The notes below the pieces were generated by a model. It worked only from the letters and a program-made list of their open reading frames with translations. It ran no database searches and was not told where the DNA came from. Positions 1 to 9,500 of a DNA stretch of 47,230 bases are shown here, one piece after another. Where the stretch lies: assembly GCA_045586995.1 (NCBI GenBank), contig JAZNBI010000129.1, positions 1 through 47,230 of the forward strand, in the 5' to 3' direction. The translations under genes and the position numbers were made by a program. How positions within the stretch are numbered: the first letter of the stretch is position 1; each line of letters begins with the position of its first letter. Source of the stretch: Eubacteriales bacterium (GTDB lineage Bacteria > Bacillota > Clostridia > Oscillospirales > CAG-272).

Positions 1-78
1 CAGTTCTACAACAACGAACGTATTCAACTAAAAACAAAACTGACACCACTCGAAAAGCGATGCCAGTTCGTTTCTTGA
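1..78 (+). CDS. IS3-family transposase (OrfB), C-terminal fragment cut by the window edge
   Basis: Frame 1 reads QFYNNERIQLKTKLTPLEKRCQFVS*, with stop TGA at 76-78. The YNNERI..K.KL.P...R tail is typical of IS3-family integrase-core C-termini. Confidence 0.6.
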   Translation, partial: QFYNNERIQLKTKLTPLEKRCQFVS

Positions 79-140
79 ATTTTAATATTTTCTACCTTAG
101 GACCCTTTTTTGTGCTGTCCGTACAATTTGGGGCAGTTCA
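1..140 (+). mobile_element. Right end of an IS3-family insertion sequence (partial)
   Basis: The transposase tail is followed by GTCCGTACAATTTGGGGCAGTTCA (117-140). It ends in CA, the outermost dinucleotide of IS3-family right inverted repeats (TG...CA). The exact boundary is inferred. Confidence 0.5.
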
Positions 141-190
141 AACTTTTTTGTTGCGTAGCTCTTTTTTTATAAAAAAATTGCAAAAATGTG

Positions 191-219
191 TTTACAAAAA
201 AGGAAAAATAGAGTAAAAT
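191..219 (+). promoter_or_regulatory. Sigma-A type promoter candidate for pyrH
   Basis: TTTACA (191-196), a 17-nt spacer, then TAAAAT (214-219), about 40 nt upstream of the pyrH start. Confidence 0.5.
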
Positions 220-258
220 AATAGTTGTTATAATTATTAAATGGGGGGATGTTTTTTT

Positions 259-975
259 ATGAGAGTTAGCGAACCAATATATAAGCGCGTTTTGCTTAAG
301 CTTTCGGGAGAAGCGCTTTCAAAAAACGCGGATGGTATTTTAAATTTTAATTTCATCAAAGAAATTTCAAATGTTATAAAAAAATGTCAAGACGAAGGTG
401 TTCAAGTCGCTATTATTGTAGGCGCGGGTAATATTTGGAGAGGCCGTTCGGGAACCAATATGTCGCAAGCCAGAGCAGACCACATGGGCATGCTCGCAAC
501 AACGATCAACGCATTGGCACTTCAAGATGTTTTTGAAAATGAAGGAATCAAGACTATTACTATGTCCGCTATACATATGGACGAATTTGCAGAGCATTAC
601 GAAAGCAGAAATGCCATTAAATATATGAACGAAGGGTACGTTGTCATTTTTGGCGGCGGCCTTGGAATTCCTTATTTTTCGACAGATACAGCTGCTGTTC
701 TTCGCGCAGCGGAAATAAACGCAGAGGTTGTCTTGATGGCGAAAAACATTGATGGCGTATATTCTGCAGACCCTCAAAAAGATGCTTCGGCAGTTAAATA
801 TAATGAGATTTCATACAAAGAAATCATAGATAAAGAGCTTCACGCTATAGACCTAACGGCGGCAGCTTTTTGTCTGAGCAACAACATTAAATGCTATGCT
901 TTTGAATTAAAAGACCCTATGAATATATATAAAGTAATCATGGGTGAAAAAATAGGAACCGAGCTTTACAACTAA
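259..975 (+). CDS. pyrH: UMP kinase
   Basis: YKRVLLKLSGEAL N-terminus and GAGNIWRG motif. The ATG at 259 follows a GGGGGA Shine-Dalgarno; the ORF opens at 241. Canonical pyrH-frr pairing. Confidence 0.95.
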   Translation: MRVSEPIYKRVLLKLSGEALSKNADGILNFNFIKEISNVIKKCQDEGVQVAIIVGAGNIWRGRSGTNMSQARADHMGMLATTINALALQDVFENEGIKTITMSAIHMDEFAEHYESRNAIKYMNEGYVVIFGGGLGIPYFSTDTAAVLRAAEINAEVVLMAKNIDGVYSADPQKDASAVKYNEISYKEIIDKELHAIDLTAAAFCLSNNIKCYAFELKDPMNIYKVIMGEKIGTELYN

Positions 976-1035
976 AAATATAAAAAATAAGAAAGGGAAG
1001 TCATGACAGTTTTTGTCTTTGACAAGTGATTAAAT

Positions 1036-1590
1036 ATGAAACTGAATACAAAAGAATATGAAGAAAAGATGCAAAAAACAATTTCGGCATATGAGCAAAA
1101 TCTCGCAGTGATTCGCGCAGGTCAAGCAAATCCTGCGGTTCTTTCGCGCGTTATGTTTGAATATTACGGAGCACCGACACCGCTTAATACGATGGCTGAT
1201 ATAAGAGTGGCGGATTCCAAAACAATAACGATTTCTCCGTATGATGCTACAACTCTTAAGGCAATGGAAAAAGCAATACTTTCTTCTGACGTAGGAATAA
1301 CCCCCACAAACGACGGAAAAATCATCCGCCTTGTTTTCCCTCAGCCAACGGAAGAACGCCGCAAAGAGCTTGCAAAACAGGTTCAGAAGATGGGAGAAGA
1401 CGCTAAGGTTGCTATTCGTAATATAAGACGAGATGCAAATGATGCTATCAAAAAAATGAAAAAAGACGGTGCTCTTACCGAGGATGAACAAAAATCCTCG
1501 GAAAAGGAAGTTCAGGATATTACGGATAAATACATTAAGAATGTTGACGCTGTAACCTCAAAGAAAGAAAAAGAAATAATGGAAATATAA
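1036..1590 (+). CDS. frr: Ribosome recycling factor
   Basis: 184 aa with the typical RRF sequence (VIRAGQANPAVLSRV, PTEERRKELAKQV). Sits downstream of pyrH. Confidence 0.95.
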   Translation: MKLNTKEYEEKMQKTISAYEQNLAVIRAGQANPAVLSRVMFEYYGAPTPLNTMADIRVADSKTITISPYDATTLKAMEKAILSSDVGITPTNDGKIIRLVFPQPTEERRKELAKQVQKMGEDAKVAIRNIRRDANDAIKKMKKDGALTEDEQKSSEKEVQDITDKYIKNVDAVTSKKEKEIMEI

Positions 1591-1645
1591 AAATATTGCG
1601 GCGGGTGTAGCAGCCCGCTTCAATGTTATAAAGAAAGGATTTATT

Positions 1646-2362
1646 ATGGATAAATCAAAATCCGATTTTATAATAGCAGACGAACAGCTAAAGCATATTG
1701 CGTTTATTATGGACGGTAACGGCCGTTGGGCAAAAAAACGCAAGTTGCCGCGCGAAATAGGACATAAATACGGTTCGGAAACACTTAGAAAAGTGGTTGA
1801 TTACTGTAATAAATCGGGAATAAAAATCATTACTGTATATGCGTTTTCTACTGAAAACTGGAAGCGTCCGAAAAAAGAAGTTGACTCGATTATAAGACTT
1901 TTGAATAATTATCTTGATGAATGCATTGCAAATATTGACAAAAACGATTTAAGCTATCGTTTTATCGGAGATACATCTGTTTTAGACAACACGCTTATAG
2001 AAAAAATAAAATTTTCCGAAGAAAAAAGTAAAGGCAGAAACAATATTCTCAATATTGCCTTTAATTATGGCGGCAGAAACGAACTGGTACATGCTTTTAA
2101 TGTGCTTATGAGCGAAAACAGAACGTGTGTATCCGAGTCAGATATAGATGAAAAGCTTTATACCGCAGGGTGTTCGGAGCCCGATCTTCTCATACGAACG
2201 GGTGGGGAAAAACGATTGTCCAATTTTTTGCTATGGCAAGCGTCATACTCCGAGCTCTATTTCACCGACGTGTTATGGCCTGATTTTTCCATGGATGATT
2301 TGCAAGAAGCAATAAAAGACTTTTACTCTCGAAAACGTCGTTACGGCGGAATATGTGATTAA
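1646..2362 (+). CDS. uppS: Isoprenyl transferase (undecaprenyl diphosphate synthase)
   Basis: IAFIMDGNGRWA motif and RTGGEKRLSNFLLWQ motif. Confidence 0.95.
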   Translation: MDKSKSDFIIADEQLKHIAFIMDGNGRWAKKRKLPREIGHKYGSETLRKVVDYCNKSGIKIITVYAFSTENWKRPKKEVDSIIRLLNNYLDECIANIDKNDLSYRFIGDTSVLDNTLIEKIKFSEEKSKGRNNILNIAFNYGGRNELVHAFNVLMSENRTCVSESDIDEKLYTAGCSEPDLLIRTGGEKRLSNFLLWQASYSELYFTDVLWPDFSMDDLQEAIKDFYSRKRRYGGICD

Positions 2363-2377
2363 GAAAGGTATTTTTCA

Positions 2378-3205
2378 ATGCTTAAAAGAATAATAACAGC
2401 TGTTATAGGTATTTGCATAATAGTTCCGGTGCTGTGTTTTTCCGACACATTCGCTTTTCCTGCGTTGATGTCACTGCTTGCGGCGATTGGAATATTTGAA
2501 TTTTTGCGTTGTGTCAAACTGCTCAAAAATTTTACAATCAGTGTTTCTTCTATAGCAATTGTGGCGCTTTTTCCGATTATAGCAAGATATGTTAATAGAG
2601 GCCGGCTCTTTGAGATCTTGTTTGCCTTAACATTCTTGATTTTGATAATATTGTTTATAAACGTGATTTTTGATTCCAAAAGCGTTGATATTGAAAAAGC
2701 CGGATTAACTTTCACATTTTGTATTTATATCGGTTTTTCTTTTGCTTCAGCCGTTATTTTGAGAGATTACGAAGATTTTGGACGCTACACTTATCTTATG
2801 ATATTCTTTGGCGCGTGGGAAACAGATACCTTTGCATATTTTTGCGGAATACTGTTTGGAAAGCACAAATTGCTTCCTAAGATAAGCCCTAAAAAAACAA
2901 TTGAAGGAAGTATTGGCGGAATTATTTTCTGTATAATATCCTTTATTATCTTCGGGTTTGTGATGAAAAGAATAAACGGTATTACTCCCAACCTTCCGAT
3001 ACTTATTTCTGCGGGATTTATTACATCAATAGTATCGCAAACGGGAGATCTTATAATGTCGGCGGTAAAAAGAAAATTTGATTTAAAGGATTACGGTAAG
3101 CTTTTTCCCGGTCACGGAGGGGTGTTGGATCGATTTGACTCGGTTATCGCGGTTGCACCTTTTTTGTTGATAATATCTATGCTATTTAGTTTTTTTATTG
3201 AGTAG
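2378..3205 (+). CDS. cdsA: Phosphatidate cytidylyltransferase
   Basis: Polytopic membrane protein carrying the signature SAVKRKFDLKDYGKLFPGHGGVLDRFDS. Confidence 0.93.
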   Translation: MLKRIITAVIGICIIVPVLCFSDTFAFPALMSLLAAIGIFEFLRCVKLLKNFTISVSSIAIVALFPIIARYVNRGRLFEILFALTFLILIILFINVIFDSKSVDIEKAGLTFTFCIYIGFSFASAVILRDYEDFGRYTYLMIFFGAWETDTFAYFCGILFGKHKLLPKISPKKTIEGSIGGIIFCIISFIIFGFVMKRINGITPNLPILISAGFITSIVSQTGDLIMSAVKRKFDLKDYGKLFPGHGGVLDRFDSVIAVAPFLLIISMLFSFFIE

Positions 3206-3216
3206 AGGATTTTTAG

Positions 3217-4413
3217 ATGTCTGATTATATAGATAATAAAATATATTCAAAAATCATTGTGCTTGGCTCCACGGGATCAATAGGTATACAATCTCTTGAT
3301 GTTGCTCGCAAAAACAATGTAAAAGTAGTGGCGCTTTCCGCAAATTCAAATTACATCTTGCTTGAAAAACAAGCAAGAGAGTTTTTACCATCATTTTGTG
3401 CGATGGCAAATGAATCTGCAGCTGCACAGTTAAAAATACGGCTTGCTGATACAAATATTAATGTTTATGCGGGTGAATCCGGAATTTGCGAAATGATTGA
3501 AAGATGCGGCGACGCCCTGTTGATAAACGCTATTATCGGCAAAGCGGGGCTTATGCCGACTCTCGAGGGAATTCGAAATCGAAACGATATTGCACTAGCC
3601 AATAAAGAATCGCTCGTAATAGCCGGAAATATCGTAATGGCGGAAGCTAAAAAGTATGGCGTTAAAATATATCCGGTCGATAGCGAGCATTGCGCGGTTT
3701 ATCAATGCATGCGTTCCGGTAAATCCGACGAAATTAAAAATCTAATTCTCACGGCATCCGGAGGGCCCTTCTTTGGTTGCGATAAAAATTATTTAAGCAA
3801 AATAACTGTTGATGAGGCACTCAATCACCCAACATGGAAAATGGGAGCAAAAATAACGATAGACAGCGCAACAATGATGAATAAAGGATTTGAAATTATT
3901 GAAGCGGCACATCTTTTCGGAATACCTGCTGATAGAATCAAGGTGTTAGTACATCGCGAAAGTATAATTCATTCTATGGTAGAATATATTGATAACAGTG
4001 TTATAGCCCAGCTCTCGGTTCCGGATATGCGTTTATGTATTCAATTTGCAATTTTTGGAGGAGTTAGAAAAAGCAGCCCGATAGATATACTCGAACTTGC
4101 AAAAACAGGGAAGCTTACGTTTTTTGAGCCGGATTACGAAACATTTCCGCTCCCCCAATATGCAATTAAAGCATTTATGGGTGGCGGCGCACTTGGCGCT
4201 GTGCTAAATGCCGCAAATGAAGAAGCGGTAGAAAGCTTTTTAAACAGAAGAATCGGTTTTACGGACATTTCCGATATTGTTGTTTCAACACTTGAAAATC
4301 TTGATAATTTTAAGGAATATTCCACACTTAAAGAAATTCTCGAGGCGGATTTTGCTGCGCGGGATTTTGCAAAAAAAATTATTTCCACAATAAAAAGGAG
4401 TGATTCGATATAA
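3217..4413 (+). CDS. dxr: 1-deoxy-D-xylulose 5-phosphate reductoisomerase
   Basis: GSTGSIG NADPH loop, LANKESLV and NHPTWKMG motifs; 398 aa. Confidence 0.95.
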   Translation: MSDYIDNKIYSKIIVLGSTGSIGIQSLDVARKNNVKVVALSANSNYILLEKQAREFLPSFCAMANESAAAQLKIRLADTNINVYAGESGICEMIERCGDALLINAIIGKAGLMPTLEGIRNRNDIALANKESLVIAGNIVMAEAKKYGVKIYPVDSEHCAVYQCMRSGKSDEIKNLILTASGGPFFGCDKNYLSKITVDEALNHPTWKMGAKITIDSATMMNKGFEIIEAAHLFGIPADRIKVLVHRESIIHSMVEYIDNSVIAQLSVPDMRLCIQFAIFGGVRKSSPIDILELAKTGKLTFFEPDYETFPLPQYAIKAFMGGGALGAVLNAANEEAVESFLNRRIGFTDISDIVVSTLENLDNFKEYSTLKEILEADFAARDFAKKIISTIKRSDSI

Positions 4414-4439
4414 TTATTCTATATATACTGCTTGCGTTA

Positions 4440-5441
4440 TTGGTATTTGGGCTTTTGATCCTGATTCATGAATTCGGACATTTTATAACCGCAAGAATGT
4501 GCGGAGTTGGAATAAAAGAATTTGCGATAGGAATGGGACCAAAGATTTTTTCAAAAAAATCAAAAAAATATGATACCGAATATTCATTACGAGCATTTCC
4601 GATAGGCGGATATGTGAGTATGGTTGGCGAGGATGAAGAAAACGATTCAGAAGACTCCTTCAATCAAAAACCGTTATGGAAGCGTTTGTTAATTATTATT
4701 GCGGGACCTATGATGAATATACTTTTAAGCATTTTGATAATGTTTGTCCTTGTTATTTCATCTAAATCCCTGATTTCAAATGTTATTTATTCATTTGACG
4801 ATGACGCACTAAGCCAATCATGTGGATTACAAGCAAAGGATAGAATAATTAAGGTCGAAAATGTACCAATTCACACAGGAAATGAACTGATATATGAAAT
4901 CATGCATAGGGGGTATAAACCGCTTAACTTAACCGTAGAAAGAAATGGCGATATTATACTCCTCGACGACGTTGTCTTTCCCGCAATCTCCGAAAGCGGT
5001 ACCGTTTTCGGAGAACCGGACTTTAAATTATATTCGGAGAGCCCGACATTCTCAAATTTAATAAAGCATTCGTTTTATCGTTCTGTTTCAACCATAAAAA
5101 TGATTTGGGATTCAATTATAGACCTTGTTGTGGGAAGATACGGTTTTGAAGCGGTTTCAGGTCCCGTCGGTGTAACGGAAACTATCGGAGATGCGGCGGC
5201 ATCGGGATTTTATAATCTTGTATATATAGTTGTTGTTATAAGTATGAATCTTGGAATTTTTAATCTCTTGCCTTTTCCTGCGCTCGATGGCGGACGTTTG
5301 ATTTTTTTAATATTTGAAGCAATCAGAAGAAAGCCCTTAAACAGAGATGTTGAAGGTATGATTAATTTTATAGGATTAATTATACTGTTTGGCATAATGA
5401 TTGTAGTAACATTTAAAGATATAATAACTTTATTTAGGTGA
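4440..5441 (+). CDS. rseP: RIP metalloprotease RseP/RasP (site-2 protease)
   Basis: HEFGHF zinc motif, PDZ region and C-terminal LPFPALDGG motif. The TTG at 4440 leaves only 9 residues before HEFGH, so the real start may lie upstream (see finding). Confidence 0.9.
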   Translation: MVFGLLILIHEFGHFITARMCGVGIKEFAIGMGPKIFSKKSKKYDTEYSLRAFPIGGYVSMVGEDEENDSEDSFNQKPLWKRLLIIIAGPMMNILLSILIMFVLVISSKSLISNVIYSFDDDALSQSCGLQAKDRIIKVENVPIHTGNELIYEIMHRGYKPLNLTVERNGDIILLDDVVFPAISESGTVFGEPDFKLYSESPTFSNLIKHSFYRSVSTIKMIWDSIIDLVVGRYGFEAVSGPVGVTETIGDAAASGFYNLVYIVVVISMNLGIFNLLPFPALDGGRLIFLIFEAIRRKPLNRDVEGMINFIGLIILFGIMIVVTFKDIITLFR

Positions 5442-5442
5442 A

Positions 5443-6540
5443 ATGAATTATAATAATATTAGAAAAAAAACTAAAGAAATAAAAATATCAGATATTGCTA
5501 TCGGTGGAAGTAATAAGATTGCAATTCAATCAATGACCAATACCGACACTTGTAATGCAAAGGCCACTATCGAACAAATAAAATCTTTGCAAAAAGCCGG
5601 TTGCGACATTGTGAGAATAACCGTTCCAAATGTAACCGCGGCAGACACTATTATTAAAATTAAAAATAGTAATATAAATATCCCGATCGTTGCAGATATC
5701 CACTTCGATTATAAAGTTGCACTCAGGTGCGCTGAGCTTGGGATTGATAAAATTCGAATAAATCCCGGGAATATTGGAGATGAATCTAAGATACGCGAGG
5801 TCTGCAATGCATGCCGTAAGCAGAACATTCCGATTAGAATAGGCGTTAACGGCGGTTCTTTGGAAAAACATATTTTAGCAAAATACGGTCTTCCAAATGC
5901 GCAAGCTCTTTTCGAAAGCGCTTGCTATCATGTTAAGCTTTTAGAAAAATTTGATTTTGATAACATTGTAGTTTCTATAAAATCGTCTTCTGTTTCCGAA
6001 ATGATCAAAGCGAATCGTATGTTCTCTGAAAAATATGATTATCCGCTTCATCTCGGTGTTACCGAGGCGGGAGATGTTGAATATGGAACTGTTAAAAGTT
6101 CCATTGGTGTTGGCTCATTATTATGCGACGGTATTGGAGATACCATAAGAGTTTCGCTTACCGAAGACCCTATAAAAGAAATTGATGCAGCTAAAAGAAT
6201 TTTAAGTTCAATAGAAATAGACGGACAAAGCTCAATGAATATTGTAAGCTGCCCAACCTGCGGAAGAACCAATATAAATTTGATAAAACTTGTAAAAGAG
6301 TTCAAATGCGCTGCAGAAAAAGAAGGAGTTTTGAATTTGCCGTTAAAGGTTGCGTTGATGGGATGCGCGGTCAACGGTCCGGGTGAAGCACGTGAGGCCG
6401 ATGTCGGTTTTGCGGGAGGGCGCGGTGAGGGAATCATATTTTCGCACGGAAAAATACTCTATAAAACACCCGAAAACGAAGCTGTAAATGCTTTGATACA
6501 AGAAATCAAAAAATACACTGCCAAGGAGATTTCCAAATGA
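5443..6540 (+). CDS. ispG: 4-hydroxy-3-methylbut-2-en-1-yl diphosphate synthase (flavodoxin)
   Basis: TIM-barrel N-terminal region and 4Fe-4S domain (CPTCGRT, GCAVNGPGE). Confidence 0.95.
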   Translation: MNYNNIRKKTKEIKISDIAIGGSNKIAIQSMTNTDTCNAKATIEQIKSLQKAGCDIVRITVPNVTAADTIIKIKNSNINIPIVADIHFDYKVALRCAELGIDKIRINPGNIGDESKIREVCNACRKQNIPIRIGVNGGSLEKHILAKYGLPNAQALFESACYHVKLLEKFDFDNIVVSIKSSSVSEMIKANRMFSEKYDYPLHLGVTEAGDVEYGTVKSSIGVGSLLCDGIGDTIRVSLTEDPIKEIDAAKRILSSIEIDGQSSMNIVSCPTCGRTNINLIKLVKEFKCAAEKEGVLNLPLKVALMGCAVNGPGEAREADVGFAGGRGEGIIFSHGKILYKTPENEAVNALIQEIKKYTAKEISK

Positions 6541-9500
6541 GATTGCTTGAAAAGCTTGCCCGATATGAAGCGGACGAGTTGTCTGAAAGAATCTTAAATT
6601 CAATAACCGATTACTCGCTCAGAGTAAATTCAGAAAAGCGAGTAATGGAAATTATAGCATCATTTCCAAAGCTTATTGAAAAAAGTGCTTTATACAAAAT
6701 TGAGGAGCAAATAAGAGATGCATACGGAATAGCGCATGTAAAAATCCTACCCAAATATTCACCGAAACTTTTTTCTTACGAATATTTCCCTCAAATATTA
6801 ACCGAAGCAGAACGCGTCGGTATTGTTGCGCGCGGTTTTTTTAATAAGTATAAATATGATATAGATAATAATTCAATTACGATTTCAATACCTTTTAGTG
6901 AATCCGGAATAAAATTTCTCGAGTATGCAAATACACCTAATGTTATAGAAAGAATACTATTGTCGGAATTTGACAAGGAATTTAAGGTTAAAATAGTTGA
7001 TGCCGGAGAAAATGAAATTGAAAATTCCGTATACAAAAAAGAACTTGAACGTATCGATTCTCAGATAGTTGAATCATATAAATCCTACATTTCGCAATCC
7101 GGCAGCGAAAACGCTTACAGAGCCAAACACGACGCTCAAGCACCAAACGATGACGAACCCTCGTTAATCAAAGTAAGCTCTTTATCTAATAACGAAATTT
7201 CTTTGGAAACAGAAGACGGTATATGTAAAATAGGACACCTTTGCTTCGATATTTCGAATCCCAAATTTATCTATGATAATTCGTTTGAAATTCGTCCTGT
7301 TGCAATTTCATCTGTTGACAAAGAAACAAAAAATCTTTCTATAATAGGCGAGGTCTTCGGCTTTTCTAAAGACGAAGGCAGAGTGGAAGGGAAGTTCAAT
7401 ATTTCGTTTTCCGTTTTTGACGGAAGCTCATCTGTCGAAGTAAAGAAAGGCAGTGTCGGAGAAGAAGAATGTGGAATCATCTGTGAATCTATCAAAAACG
7501 GCGTCTGCGTTGCTTTAAAGGGATATACAAAGCATTTGGAACGAAGGGGAGTTGTTGATGATGATCTGACATTCTTTCCTCAAAATATCGCTGTGATATC
7601 AAAAATAAACAAAACAGACGATGCGGATGAAAAACGCATAGAATTGCATTTACATACCAACATGTCGGCCATGGACGCCCTTATTCGCCCGGATGAGATC
7701 GTTTATACCGCTAAGGCATTCGGACATCCTGCGGTTGCAATTACCGACCACGCAAATGTACAGGCATTCCCCGAGGCAATGATTGCTTCCGAAAAATGCG
7801 GCATGAAGGTCATATACGGTATGGAAGCATATTTCGTAAACAACACCGCGACCGCACTTACCGGAAAGTATACGGGTAAATTTGAGGACGAGGCAATTGT
7901 TTTTGATATTGAAACCACCGGCCTTTCTGTTTCTTCGTGTCAAATAATCGAAATCGGAGCTGTTCGAATAAAAAATGGCGAGGTTGTTGAGGTATTTGAT
8001 TCTTTTGTAAATCCTCATGTCCCGATTCCAAGCGAAATCACTCAACTTACATCTATAACCAATGATATGGTAAAGGATGCACCTTCAATCGATATTGTTC
8101 TTGCCGACTTTTTTAAATTTATAGGGAACAACCTTCTTATCGCGCACAACGCAAATTTCGATATTGGTTTTATAAGACATGCAGCAAAAGAAAATTCTAT
8201 GCCTTTTGACAACCCGTATCTCGATACACTTGCGCTTTCAAGATTTATAAATCCCGACTTAAAAACTCACAAATTGGATGTTCTGGCAAAGCATTATAAG
8301 CTTGGTGATTTTAATCACCACAGAGCAAGCGACGATGCGGAAATGCTGGCTCATATTTATTTTTCCATGACGGAAGCTATGCTGAAAATGGATATCTCGG
8401 ATTTTGTAACACTAAATTCCGAGATGCTTTCGAATTCCGATCCGAGTAAGTTAAAAAGCTTTCACCAAATTATTTTGGTTAAAAATCAGTTAGGGTTGAA
8501 AAATTTATACAAGCTTATTTCTTTTAGTTACCTTAAATATTTTCACCGCCATCCGAGAATACCGAAAACCGAGCTCGAAAAGCATAGAGAAGGGCTTATT
8601 ATCGGTTCCGCCTGTGAAGCGGGGGAGCTGTTTCAAGCTATTCTTGAAGGACGTCCCGATTCCGAGATCGAAAACATTGTTAATTTTTACGATTATCTCG
8701 AAATACAACCGCTTTCAAATAATCGTTTTATGATTGAAGATGGCAGATTGGCAAACGACGAACAATTAAAGGATATAAATCGTAAAATAGTTGAGCTTGG
8801 TAAAAAATATAACAAGCCCGTTGTGGCGACCTGCGATGCGCATTTTATGAACGATGAGGACGAAATATATCGAAAAATACTCCTCACAGGTATGAAATTC
8901 AAGGATGCCGAAAAAGATACTCATCTTTATTTCAGAACGACAAAGGAAATGCTTAAAGAGTTTGATTATCTTGGCGAAGAAACAGCTCGAGAAGTGGTCA
9001 TTGTCAATCCCAATAAAATAAATGATATGATTGATGTCATACGACCTATCCCAAAAGGTTCGTTTACGCCTAATCTTGAAGGCGCTGAAGAAGAGCTTCA
9101 ATCGATGTGTTGGGAGCGCGCTCACAGCATTTACGGAGATGATCTGCCTCAAATCGTTCACGCAAGATTAAAAAAAGAGCTTGATTCTATCGTAAAACAC
9201 GGCTTCTCGGTTCTTTATATGATAGCCGAAAAGCTTGTTAAATTCAGCGAAGGGCTTGGATATCTTGTGGGATCCAGAGGTTCTGTCGGTTCTTCATTCG
9301 TTGCGACAATGGCAGGCATATCAGAGGTAAATCCGCTTCCGCCGCATTATTACTGTCCTAATTGCCGCTATTCTGAATTTATAACGGATGGTTCGGTCGG
9401 TTCGGGATTTGATCTGCCGGACAAGCATTGCCCTAAATGCAACACAATGCTGAAGGCAGACGGTCACGACATTCCGTTTGAAACGTTTTTGGGATTCCAC

